Source: Felis catus
Taxonomy: Eukaryota
Direction of reading: 5' to 3'
Length of the DNA stretch: 64,000 nt
Assembly (NCBI RefSeq): GCF_018350175.1
Contig: NC_058383.1
Coordinates: 18,850,001-18,914,000 of the forward strand
Below are positions 36,116-47,289 of this stretch, piece by piece. The translations under genes were made by a program, and so were the position numbers. Positions within the stretch are counted from its first letter, which is position 1; the number at the start of each line of letters is the position of its first letter. The notes beneath the pieces are model-generated. The model ran no database searches. It was not told the DNA's origin and saw nothing but the letters and a program-made list of their open reading frames with translations.

Positions 36116-38135
36116 CATCCCTGGGGAGAGGCGTGGGAACTGAGTGACCAGAGGCAGGGCAGGAATGAAACTTTTCACTAGGATTTCACAGTCCTCTTGG
36201 TTCTAGGGAGTAAAAGGAACTAGGCTCAGTTGGTGGTCGAGGCAAAGCCAAAGGAAAATGCAAGGGGAGGCCATTTGCATCCACCTAGGCTCAACAGCCC
36301 AGGGCTGGGATCCCCTGAGAGGGGCCAGAGGAGGGGTGGCCCCCGGGAGCCTCCTTGACAACCCACCCTGAGCAGAGCCCTCTCTCTGTCCCCACGGCAG
36401 GTGCCGTAGTCTGGCTCTCGGCTGTTCACCACCTTCCCTAGAGGGTGTCCTTGATCCTCTCATTTGTTTGCCCCACTGAAGAAATCTGTTCACACATGGG
36501 TCCTCCTATCTGCTGCCAGAGAGTGGGGAGACCCAGAGCCTGGTCCCGCTGGCCCCAGAAAGAGGCCTATGGGGTGCTTGGAAAAGCACTTGCCCCTGCT
36601 GCTGCCCCCGAGGAGCTCTGGTCAGCCACCTGCCTTCCCTTCTCTTCAGTCTTCCAGTCTATGAAATGAGCTATTTAGTGGTTCTTATCCCTTCGTCGGT
36701 CACCGAAGGTTCACTACCCTCTCCTCTGAAAAAGTCCACAGCCACCCCATGCACACTTGTATGTATGACATCGGTGGTGGGGGGGGGGGTCAGAGCCCCA
36801 GGGAGCCCTCAAGAGACTCCAGATAAGGCCTCTCCCTCCCCTTGGCCTTTCAACACAAATATAAACTCTAGCAAACATTCTATTCTGGTCAAAAGGAGAA
36901 AGAGAAGAATATTCTCAAATCACTTCCTTGTCTTCCCCCTTGTGCAAATTCCAGCTCCATCCCTTCTTGCTGCGTGACCTGAGGCAGGTGGCGCCACTTT
37001 CCTAAGCCTCAGGTTGCCCGTCAAGAAAATGGGGCTGTGAATGCCCACCTAACGTGGTGGACCTCTGTAAGAATTAAACGGGCACTGGCTGGACAGAGGG
37101 GCCTGGGGGCGTGGTTCCGTCGCGGATTTGGCACAACCTTGCACCACCTTGGGTGAGACCACACTCTGACTTTGTCTCGGCTGTCTATGCTGGAGATGGG
37201 GGCTCTGCTAAATCTCACCCCCTGAACCCGCCTGAGCCAGAAGGGGCTTTGGAGGCCATCTGACCCAGCTTCCCCATTTCCCAGGTGAGGAGGCTGAGAG
37301 AAAGAGCTGGGACTTCAACAAGACCAAGCAGGCGAAACTGGAAACGACCTTCTGGCCACTGCCCTCCCCACTAGGGGCAGCCTAGGGTTCCCCTCGCTGC
37401 GAGGCTCGGCCTCAGCCTCCCCTCCCAGCTGGCGCAGTCTGCCCCTTCCCTGGGGCACATCCTTGGCGGTTATTAATAGCCTGTGACGCTGTCTGCCTGC
37501 AGCTGGTGCCCAGAGCTGGAACAGGCTCTCCGCCCCTTTTTGCCCTCCCGGCCGGACCCTGGGGTGGGGCGGGGGTGGGGGAGTCCTGGGCCTCACCCCT
37601 CCCCACCTGCCTGAGGGCCCAGTCCCTGTGGCAGCCCCTGCGGGTGTGGGAGGTGAGCCCTGTTGCCTGGGTCAGGCGGGCGGCCCAGCCCCCGGGGAGT
37701 TAGCAGGAGTGGAGGGCCGAGAGCACGGAGGTGGCCTGCCACCGGCTGACTGGCCCGGGGCCCCGGGCTGGGTGTCCACCAGTGGAGAGGTGGTGACCAC
37801 CGGAGAGACAGCAGGGTGAGCAGAGGCTCCCTGAAGAGACGAGCCCTTCCCTAGCTATGCCCTCCGCTCTTCCCCGAGCCTCTCTACACGGGGTGAAACG
37901 AGGATGTAGCCTAGCTCAGGAGACACATTCAGGCACCCCTGGGTAGGGCCACCACCATGTCTCGTCACGGAACTCTGGCTAAGTCACTTGTTCTCTCTTG
38001 TGCTTCTGCTTCCTCACCAGTAAAATAGGGATAATATGGTACAAGTTCAAGTATTATTAATAACAGCTAACATTTATGAGCCACTTAAAGTCTAAGTTCT
38101 TTAGGTATATAAAGACCCATTTAAAACTCACAACA

Positions 38136-38359
38136 GGGGCGCCCGGGTGGCTCAGTTGGTTAAGTGTCTGACTTTTGGTTTCAGCTCAGGTCATGACCTC
38201 CAGGTTCGTGAGTTCGAGCCCCGCAGCAGGCTCCACGCTGATGGTGCGCAGCCTGCCTAGGATTCTCTCTCTCTCTCTCTCTCTCTCTCTGCCCCTTCCC
38301 CACTCGCGCTCTCTCTCCAAATAAATAAATAAGCTTTAAAAAAGTAAAAAACCAAAAAC
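38136..38359 (+). mobile_element. CAN-SINE in SBK1 intron 1, inserted in a MIR
   Basis: SINEC consensus; TSD aactc(a/g)caaca. Confidence 0.9.
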
Positions 38360-41300
38360 AACTCGCAACAATCTTGGGAGGAGCTGTTAGTATTCCCACT
38401 TTGTCCCTTAGAGCTCAGGAAAACCGAGACTCAGAGGATGAAAGATTAGGTGACGTGTCCTGTGTCACAGAGCTAAGAAGTGGCTTAGAGATGTCTGTCT
38501 GGCTCCAGAACACTCCATGAATACTTGTCGTCGAGCATCTACTATGTTCTGGGCTCTGGAACACATTCATGAACCAAACGAACAGCCCTGCCCTCAAGGA
38601 GCTTATGTTCTAGTTTGGAGGCAGACAATCGTAAGGGTGGGTAAGAGATGTAGGTCAGAGGGCCTAAAGGGGAAAGCAAGGCAGGGAGGGGTGAGGGAAT
38701 GTTGAGGGCGAGGGATGAGACTGTAGACACTGGGTGGTGAGAAAAGGCCCCACTGACATGACTACAAGCATGCGGATACTGTGGCGAAAGCACTTTCTCG
38801 GCAGGGGCTCGGGGAGCAGTGGGGAGGCCAGCGTGGCTGCAGTGGTAAGGGCGAGGCACAGGTCTAGCAACGAGTGACGATGCCGTGTGCAGGGTCTTGG
38901 GGGCCACGGCAAGGACCTGGCTTTCACTCTGTGAGATGCGCGCCGAACACCTGACTTGAGCAAACCCTTCCTGAAGCCAACCTGCGTGCCAGACTCTGGG
39001 AGGCCAAGAGACGCTATGAACCTGACCTCGCTTCCACTTAAGAGACTTGGAGTCGAGCCCCCCACCGCCTTCCACCACTGTCCCAGGCGTGGGGCTGAGG
39101 AGGAAGGGGCGAGGGAAGTCTTAAAAGCTTCTGGGAAAGTTTCGTGGGCCTGCACTGCAGATGCCTCCATGGCCCCGTGTGAGCAGAGGTGTGGAAAGCG
39201 GAGCGATATGTCCAGAACTGCAGCCAGAGCCCAGGCTGGGTCCTGTCGGCTCCTTCTGGCTGGCCTTGCTCTGTGAATCGTGTGCGAATGGTCTCAAAGT
39301 GGGCAGGATGTTCCGTGAATCCTAGATGTGGAAGCGTGAATAAAGACCTTCACCTCTGAGCTTCCATTTTTTTTTCCCCTATAAAAGTGGGGGCAACATT
39401 CCCTCTCTGCTCAGGGCTTGTGGGGACTCACGTTCACAGCACGTCACAAACATTCATTCGCTTCATCCTCCCCATGACCCCAAAAGGCAGGCATTACCAC
39501 CATCCCTTTTTGTAGGTGAGAGATCTGAGGCACAGAGAGGTTAAGCACCTTGCCCAAAGTCACACAGCAAGGTCTAGAGGTTGTGCTTTTCTCCACTAAA
39601 ATATGTTAACTGGGGGCCTCGCCACCCCTCCTGGAGACACTTGGGAATCAGGGTTGGCAGGTAACCTGAGCCCTTGGGAAGGGAAGATCTCTCTGCAGGG
39701 CAGTGGGCCCCCGGCTAGAGAATGGGAAGCCTTCCTTCTATGATGGGGGAGTCGAACAGACCCAGGGGAGCTACTCTGGAGTGGAGATGTGTGCAGTCTC
39801 TCTGGGGCCTGACCAGGAGGAGGGGGGAGAAGGCTCTGTCTTGTCCAGTCCCCACACCCCTGTCCCTCAGGGCCATCCCAAAGATCAGAGGCAGTTGAAA
39901 CATTCTCTGGCTAATGTCACAGGGACAGCAGGGGGAGGGGGGGGTCATTGTGGCTTCCTCTGGCCTGGCCCAGCTCATTTGCATACCCTGCAGGGTGTGG
40001 CAGAAGTCACAGAGCAAACACTTGAGTAGCAGGCACTGTTAAAAGCGCTTCACTTGTAACAGGTTCGTCTAATCCTCCCCATAACTCTAGGAGGTAGGAG
40101 GTTGGAGCTATTTTCACCCCTACACTACATCGGAAGGAACTGAGGCATGGGACAACTGTCTTGTCCAAGGTCACATGGCTAGGCCCACGGTACAGGTGGG
40201 ATTTGAACCCAAGGAGTTCGATGCCAGTTTCACCCAAACATTTGGTGGCTCATAGAGGTGGGGAGTCAAAATCCTCGCTCTGGGCTAATGTGGTGCTGTT
40301 CTCAGCACTAAATGAGAAAGCCTGGTGCACTTGACATTGAAAAATGTTCCACTGCTTCTTCCCAACCCTGATATTACACGGCTCCCCAAGTGGGGGCTGA
40401 GCTGGGAATCTGGACCTGCCCTGTCTCCAGACTGTAGCCAAACTGTGTAAGGGCTCTAACTGGACCCTTCAGGCCCACTGCTGCTGCTTCCTGAGACCAG
40501 AAAGGGGGCTCAGGGGAGCAGGGGAGCAAGCTGGTGGTTTGGGTGAGACTCAGGATCTGTTGGAGAGGCCGGTCCTGGCTCTGGCCTGATGCCCAATCGC
40601 CGGGGGCAGAACGCCTTGGGAACTCAGTCAGCAAAAGCCCGGCAGGTGCCTCACCTAGAGAGCAGAGGTGGGAAGGAAGACAGCCTCAACTACAGAACTA
40701 TGGTCAAGCAGTCCTAGATCCCACCCCTTGCCACAGGGTAAGGTTCTGGAAAGGCCCTCATAGACTCTCAGGCTTGAACCCCACCCCATCCTGCCCGGAC
40801 TCGTAGCAGGGCCATGCTTCGTACTCTCAGGCACCACTGGCTCTCAAACACTCCCTTCCCCTTTCTCGGGGATAGCAGAAGCCCTGTGGTCTCCCCAGAC
40901 TGGCTACGGGAAAACCAAGGCTGCATTATCACCAAGGCTTAGTCACCCATTTACCAATGCCCCTTTGAATATAAGAGTCAATAGTTACTGAGGACTTTTG
41001 ACATGCCAGATCTCGTCCTAGGCCCTCTCTTCATGCTTTAGCTCACTTAATCCCCCTGATGACCTTGAGGGAGATATCATCCTTGTTTTGCACATAAGTC
41101 AGTTGAAGCTCAGAGAGGGTAAGTGACTCACTCAAGGTCACACAGCAGCTATGTGGGAAACCCTGGCCGAGTCCAGAGGCTGTGATCGTAACCATGGTGC
41201 TTTGCTATCTCCTTTGACCTCGGGCTTCTATAGACCTTCATCTAGGAAGACGGCACACTCCCTTCCAGGGCCATGCCCAGTGGCTGGAGCCCAGTGCTGG

Positions 41301-44299
41301 CCCCTAGCCCCTAGCCCCGCCACTTGGCAACACCCATTGGCTTCATTAATGCTTAGGGAATGTCAATAATTTTGAGGGACTCTTGCGTCTAGGCCCCCAG
41401 CTCTCCTGCCTGACCAAAACTTAAAGCAGCTTGGACTCAGTCCTAGAAAGTTAGAGCAAGGAGTGAGCTTATAGCAGAGAGAACCTCTAGTCCAATTCCT
41501 CTGGACACCTGGGTAAACTGAGGCCCAGAGAGCAGTCCTCCCCCAAGAGTCCTCGGCAGTAGCTGGGCCTAGAGCCTTGGACTTTTGCTCCTGGAACAAT
41601 TGAAAACAAGTTTTTGGTGGGTGAATCCTTCTAGCACAATGAAAGGTCACAAGCCAGAGCCTAGGGTAAAAATGGGGCCAGGCTGGGATGCTGTGGCTAG
41701 AGGAATTCAAGTTCACTTCACCACTCAGCCCCGGAGGGACATTGCTCTGCGCAAGTTCTAACTTGACCACGAAGGAGGCAGGAAACACCCGCATGTGCAA
41801 AACACACACAGATGAAGGTCACCTGCTGAGCAAACATTTTCTGGCCTCCCCCTGGGCTGGCAAAGCCAGATGCCTACAGGAGGGATGCCTACAGCAGGTC
41901 ACATAAATGAGTAAGCAGGCCAGTTGAGGCCCTGGGGTGAGCTGGAGGGCAACTGGCCTAAAGAAGGTGGCGACTCTTCAGCTCTGGCCTGGGGTTGCCA
42001 CACCATCGGAGTCTTTAAGAGGCTCCAAAAATCAGTATTTGTATATGAAATTGTATGTGTGTGTGTTTTTTTTTTTAAACACTGGTAACAAATGCAAACA
42101 TGAGAAAAACACTGATTGGCTCAAGAAAATGTGTCTAGAAGCTGTATTTTCCAACAGGTGCTGTACAGCAGGCTGGGCTCTAGGTTGAACACAGCCATTG
42201 CAACCCGGACAAGATAGACCCGGTTCCGTCTCCCGGAGCTCAGGGTCTAGGTGTGGAGACAAGGTCTCACAGCACATGTAGACACGTGCCACTGTCTCCA
42301 AGCCGCCAAGCATCAACCAATCCAACCCAGCTCTGCACTCTCTCTCTGGCCAGGTCAGATCAAAAGGGGAGGTGGAGGCAGAAGGCTGTTCCTGAGCCAG
42401 CCTATGAAAGGACTTCTCGGGTTGAGGGAACAGCCCCCCAGTGGCGGGAGGGAGTCAGAGGACACCAGAAGAGGTGAGTGAGGAGTGAGGGCTGATGTTT
42501 GAGAGGTGGGTTTAGGGCCTCAACACAAAGGGCTTGGTCCTGTGCTTTATTCCAGACTCAGTGGGGAGCCACTGCAGGTTAGGGAGGAGGGGAGATCTTA
42601 CTCCCCGTCCCCTCTGGCCTCTTGATGGTTTTCCCTAGGCACGGTGAGTCAAATCTCCGCAATTTAGCGTCAGGCTCCACTCCCTTGCCTGTGGGTCATA
42701 TGATAAGGCCCCGGGGCTCCCGGGAACCCATTGGAAATGAACTCCTTCAGAGAGGGAGAAGACACACCTGGGTGCTCCTTGTGGCCCAACTGTGATCTAT
42801 ATACTGCAGAGTGAGTGGCTCACTCTCTGTCATTATCTCTGGGAGATGCCACGCGCTTGCCCAAGGTCACCCGGTCTTCAGAGCAGCTGGCCCCTCCACA
42901 GCTTGGGCTGAGGGGGTCTGGCCTCAACTGTCCTTGAATGTGCAGGAGGCGCTGCCGGAGGTCTGGCCTGAAGCACCCCAACCTCTTCTCCTGCTAGTCA
43001 CATCCTCTCCCTTGGGTCAATGCCAGCAGCAGGTGGGGTGGGGGCACTTGGTATTGGGAACGGCGGAGAAGAGGGATCAGCCTCCAGGCTCAGGGCCCCC
43101 AAGAATGCAGCAGGATGAGGATCAGATGCTTCAGGTGTGGGGTCAGAACTGGTCAGCTGGACCTGACCAGGTCTACCTCCACTGGCCCAACAGAGAGTGG
43201 TCTGGGCAAACGAAGAGCAGCCCCAGGGTCTTACGACCAGAAAAGACCAGGAAAGGGGGATCAGGATGTCGTGGGGGAAACACAAACACACACACCCTTG
43301 ACTCCGTTGCCTGGCACATCACAGACACTAGCTAGAGGTTTGTTGAATGAAGAAATGAACAAAGGAACTCCCAGTGGGGCTCCCTGTATATCAAGTCCTG
43401 CCTTCCTCAGCATCACTGCCTGCCTGCAGAGGGCTCAGAGAGAAGAGACTGGGGGAAACCCCAGCAGCCCAGAGTGTGTTTCCTCAGCACCGTCCAGCCC
43501 CTTCCCAGGATCTCTGATCCAGAATTTCAGGGTACAACATCCCCTGGGCCTCTCCTCTTCCCACGAGCTGCAGGGCCTGGGGTTGGGGACCTTACTGACA
43601 GCCAGGCTGGGCCCGGCTTTGTAGAGCCTGGAGAGCTAAAGCAAAAACCTAGAATGGTCCCTTGGCTGTCCAGGACACAATGATCCAACCTGAGGTTTGG
43701 CCCTGGGTATTATGGAGGTCAGGAGGAGAAGGCAGTCTTGGGTTTGCTGGCCCTAGGGCACATGGGGACAGAAAGGTGCCCTGACCTGAAATGGCTTCTT
43801 CATCCACACTACCTCTCTTCCCCAGAAATCAGTGCCTCACTTTGGAAAGAGCTTGCCCCCTCCTGCAAAACATACAAAGTATGGCTTGGGGGCGACCTTC
43901 CCTGTGGCCTGGGTGGGGGGCAATGGAGTCACAGAGAAAATATGGGATTCCCACCCATTCTCTCAAACACACCCCTTCCTTGCCCTCTCACAGACAAAGA
44001 CACACACCCAAAGCCCAGGCCATCGCCCTAGGGCCACGCACCGCAGGCCCCCCTCACCTGTGGACATCCCCAAATCTCCTCCCAGGGGGACTCCGCTTGA
44101 AAACTCAGCCCGGCCTTGCGGGGAGGGGTATATATACTCCAAGGGCCGAGAGTCCGACAGCTCCAGGTTCACAGTCTTTTGCAGGGCGTGGGGGGAGGTG
44201 ACTCTCCACCCTATTCCCTCCTCTCCGTGGCATAAGGGGCTCTGCCACTACTCCCCTGCGAGGTCGGGGAGCAGCGTCCAAACCCCAGGGCTAGGGGTG

Positions 44300-45600
44300 G
44301 GGGGTGGGGGAAGGGAGAGGAGGAGGGGGCGGCTCCTCCAGGCGAGACACAAAGAGACGTCCTTCAGCCTCGGCTCCATGGCGACGCTGGGGAGGGGGCA
44401 GTGCGCACCCAATACTTCCTTCCCCACCTGGAGGGCTAGGGACCTCGGCGGCCACTCACCTGGGCCCGGCTTACCTGGGCTGGGGCCGCGGGGACGCCGC
44501 GGCAGGGGGCCTGGGCGCCGTCTCGGTTTCCGTCAGCCCGGCCCGGGGGGGGCTCAGGGCGCCACAACCATGGGCTGGGATGAGAAGGGCGCCGCGAGGG
44601 GCTCAGTCGCCTGGGTCCTGGAGCTTTGAGGGGGGCCCCGAGGCCTCTTGCTGGTGAGGGATAGCTCTTGCTGTCCTCGGTTCCCTAGATTTGGGGTTCC
44701 TGTGTACCGGAATTGGGGGGGTCTAGGAACCCCCTGATCTAGGGGCGTTCTGAGCTGAGTCTTCGTGTCTTGAGGTGTGGAGTTGTAATGACCGGGTTCT
44801 TGACAGGGGGTCCCAGCAATGCCGGAGGAGGGGGTCACTGCGTTCTAGGTCTTGGGGGGGGGGCGATTGAAGAGGGGGAGTCTTAGCCGTACCGTAGGGA
44901 GGTCACTGTCTTCCGAATACGGAGGAAGTCTCCGCTTTCCCCAGCTGGGGAGTAGCTCTCTGTTGGATCTGGAAGGGGTCTCCCGCTTTCTTGGGGGTCT
45001 CTGGGTCCTGGATGTGGTGGAGGGGGATCCCCGCGCTCCCCGGCTGCGGGGGCTTGCAGAGTCCCGGCCACCGGCAGGAACTGGGAGGAAGCCCCTCAGC
45101 CGCTGGGGGGCTCCGTTGCCGCCGCTACGAGCAGCCCGGCTCTGCGGTCCCGGACCCCGGCCTGGTCCGGGCTCTGGCTGCGGCTCCGGCTCGCGATCCG
45201 CCCGGTTCTCGGGCCCCGGCCCCGGCGCCCGCCCGGGCAGCGCTCCATCGCTGCATCGCGGCTCCGCCCTCTGGCCCGCGCGCACCTGCCCGCCAGGCCC
45301 CGCGGCTCCGCCCTCCGGCTAGCGCGCCGCCGCCCGCCCCTTTGTCCGCCCTGCTTGGCGCGCGCTTTCGCGCACGCGCACTCCCCTCGGCGCGCGCTCT
45401 CCCTCCCGCCGCGCCCTCCCGCCGCGCGCCGCGGGGCGCAGATTCTCCCCGCGCCGAGGGAGCAGCGCGGCGCCCCCACCCCGCCTTCCGGCCGCGCTGG
45501 GTCCTAGCGCCCGTGGGCGCCCTCTCCACCTTCCCACCCCCGTGTTTTCTAGGTCAGAGCCCACGAGGGGGCAAGAACGAGGTTAGAGAGGACTCGAGGG
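44300..45600. promoter_or_regulatory. CpG-island promoter of SBK1
   Basis: Very GC- and CpG-dense, especially 45030-45520. Has GC boxes (ccgccc, several), an NRF1-like cgcgcacgcgca near 45369 and no TATA box. Confidence 0.8.
44460..45270 (-). other. SBK1: Probable non-coding first exon (long 5'UTR) of SBK1
   Basis: Lies in the CpG island and ends at two consensus donors (CAG|GTAAGC after 44475, CAG|GTGAGT after 44460). There is no minus-strand ATG between 45245 and 44572. The ATG exon has a splice acceptor, so an upstream exon is expected. The TSS position is an estimate. Confidence 0.65.
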
Positions 45601-46264
45601 AGTCTGAGAGGGTCACCTGGTCCAGCCTCCCGGGCCCTACGGGACCAGACTGCCCTAGACTGTCCCAGTCTGTTCTTGTAAGGCGGAGCATGTGTCTGTT
45701 TCAAGGAGGGAAGCAGCCAAGCTCTGCAATCGCGTGTGCATTCATTCATCCATTAGCCTGTCTGCCCATCCATCCATCCATCCATCCCTCCCTCCATCCT
45801 AGTTTGAGCCAGACTTCGGAGAGCTACCAGTCTACTCGGGGAAGAGGTCGTCAACTGGGGCCTCGGGGGCTGTGACCAGCCCAGGTAGGGTTTGCGACTC
45901 CCGCTGTGAACAGTCGGTGACTAGTCCTGGAATGCGGCTGATAAGCTCAGCGCTCACTGGAGAGAAAAGAAAGGGGATTCCAAACAGAGGGAGCAGTGTG
46001 TGCAAAGGCACGTGTGAAGGAGCATTATTTGATACTGGAAACTGGCTTGGAAGGAGGTGGGGTAGATGAGGTTGGCGATGAGATAGGGACCACTCGTTCC
46101 CCCGCCCCGGGCCCTACTCCCTCTCTTACCCCGATGGGTAAGAGCCACACTGTTTCATTAATGAGAAAGCCCCGACACACCTTCCATATTTCCTCTCTTT
46201 GTTCAGGCTGTTTCCTCCACCCAGCATGCTCTTCCCAAGCACCCTGGTTTTTAGATCTTTTGGA

Positions 46265-46537
46265 ACAAGGGATCGTAGACTCAAGTACCTATGGGTCACA
46301 GAAATTAGTGACTGGGCTCAGGCGTCAGGTGACCGGAAGTGGGGGACACGAGGCAAACTGGAGCGTCATGGGCTTGTATGGACGGATGATTTTTCAAGAG
46401 AAGCAGGAAGTCCACATAGTGTCTTCCAGCTTTTCAATATTGGAAACTAATTCCCAAGTTTGGAACTACTGAATGGGCCAAACGAAACACACTTTGGGGT
46501 CAAATCTAGCCCAGGGGCCATCATTTTGCAACCTCTG
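46265..46537. mobile_element. hAT-Charlie-like DNA transposon remnant (MER102-like)
   Basis: Ends gggccaaacgaaacac...ggccatcattttgcaacctctg. A related remnant at ~55900-56600 is split by SINEs. Confidence 0.45.
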
Positions 46538-47289
46538 CTCCTGAGAATATTGCCTCACTTCCCAGTTTTTCCCGCTCCTGCTTCTTTCTAGACTCTTTTG
46601 TTCTAGAATCCAAGTACTATGTGACCATCAGCTCTGCAAAATACAAGATGGATTGGGTTGCTCCTTTGCATAAAATTGCCAAGGACACCCTGTTACCTCC
46701 AGGGCGAAAAATCTAACCTCCTTATCCTGGTGTTTAAAGCCCGTAGACTTTGGGCCTCTACCCCTTTCTTTACTGAGGTCCCCTCTTCTCCATTAAGCCT
46801 TGAACTTAGCCTAGAATATGTGCTTTCTCATAGCGATGTGCCTTCATACGCTTGGTTTCCTTTGTTTAGAAACATTTCCCCCCTCTTTTTCGTTCTCTGA
46901 ACAAGTTATCCTCTGAGATATCTCTTCTATGTCTGCCTTTTCTCTCTCACCCCTCCCTGTCCTGCTGATGCTCCAGAGTTGCAACTTTCACCCTTTGTTC
47001 TACTCCTCTCCAAGTAAGGCCTTATTGACCCAAACTAAAGGAGGGGTTTGGGTTATGGGGCAGGCAGAAGCGGGGAGAGGACAGGAGAAAGGAGAGGAAG
47101 GAAATGTGTTCCTGTGTCTAATAAACCGAGAGGAAACTGAGACCTAGAGAGGGGGTAGGAGCAGAATCTGGCCTTGCAATGCTCTCAACCACGGTTATTA
47201 AGGGTTATCGAGGCCACCTTCTGCAGAAGCCTTCCCCGATTCCTCACCTGGGGCATTTGATTACCTACAATTAGAAAATGTTTGCTAAG

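Noticed and set aside
44668..44690. Partial RE1-like match (GCTGTCCtcGGT) in exon 1
   Set aside because: The second half-site (GCTGA) is missing, so the match is too weak.
43832..45875. Several 150-294-aa ORFs around the promoter
   Set aside because: GC-rich CpG-island artefacts with no domain or splice support.
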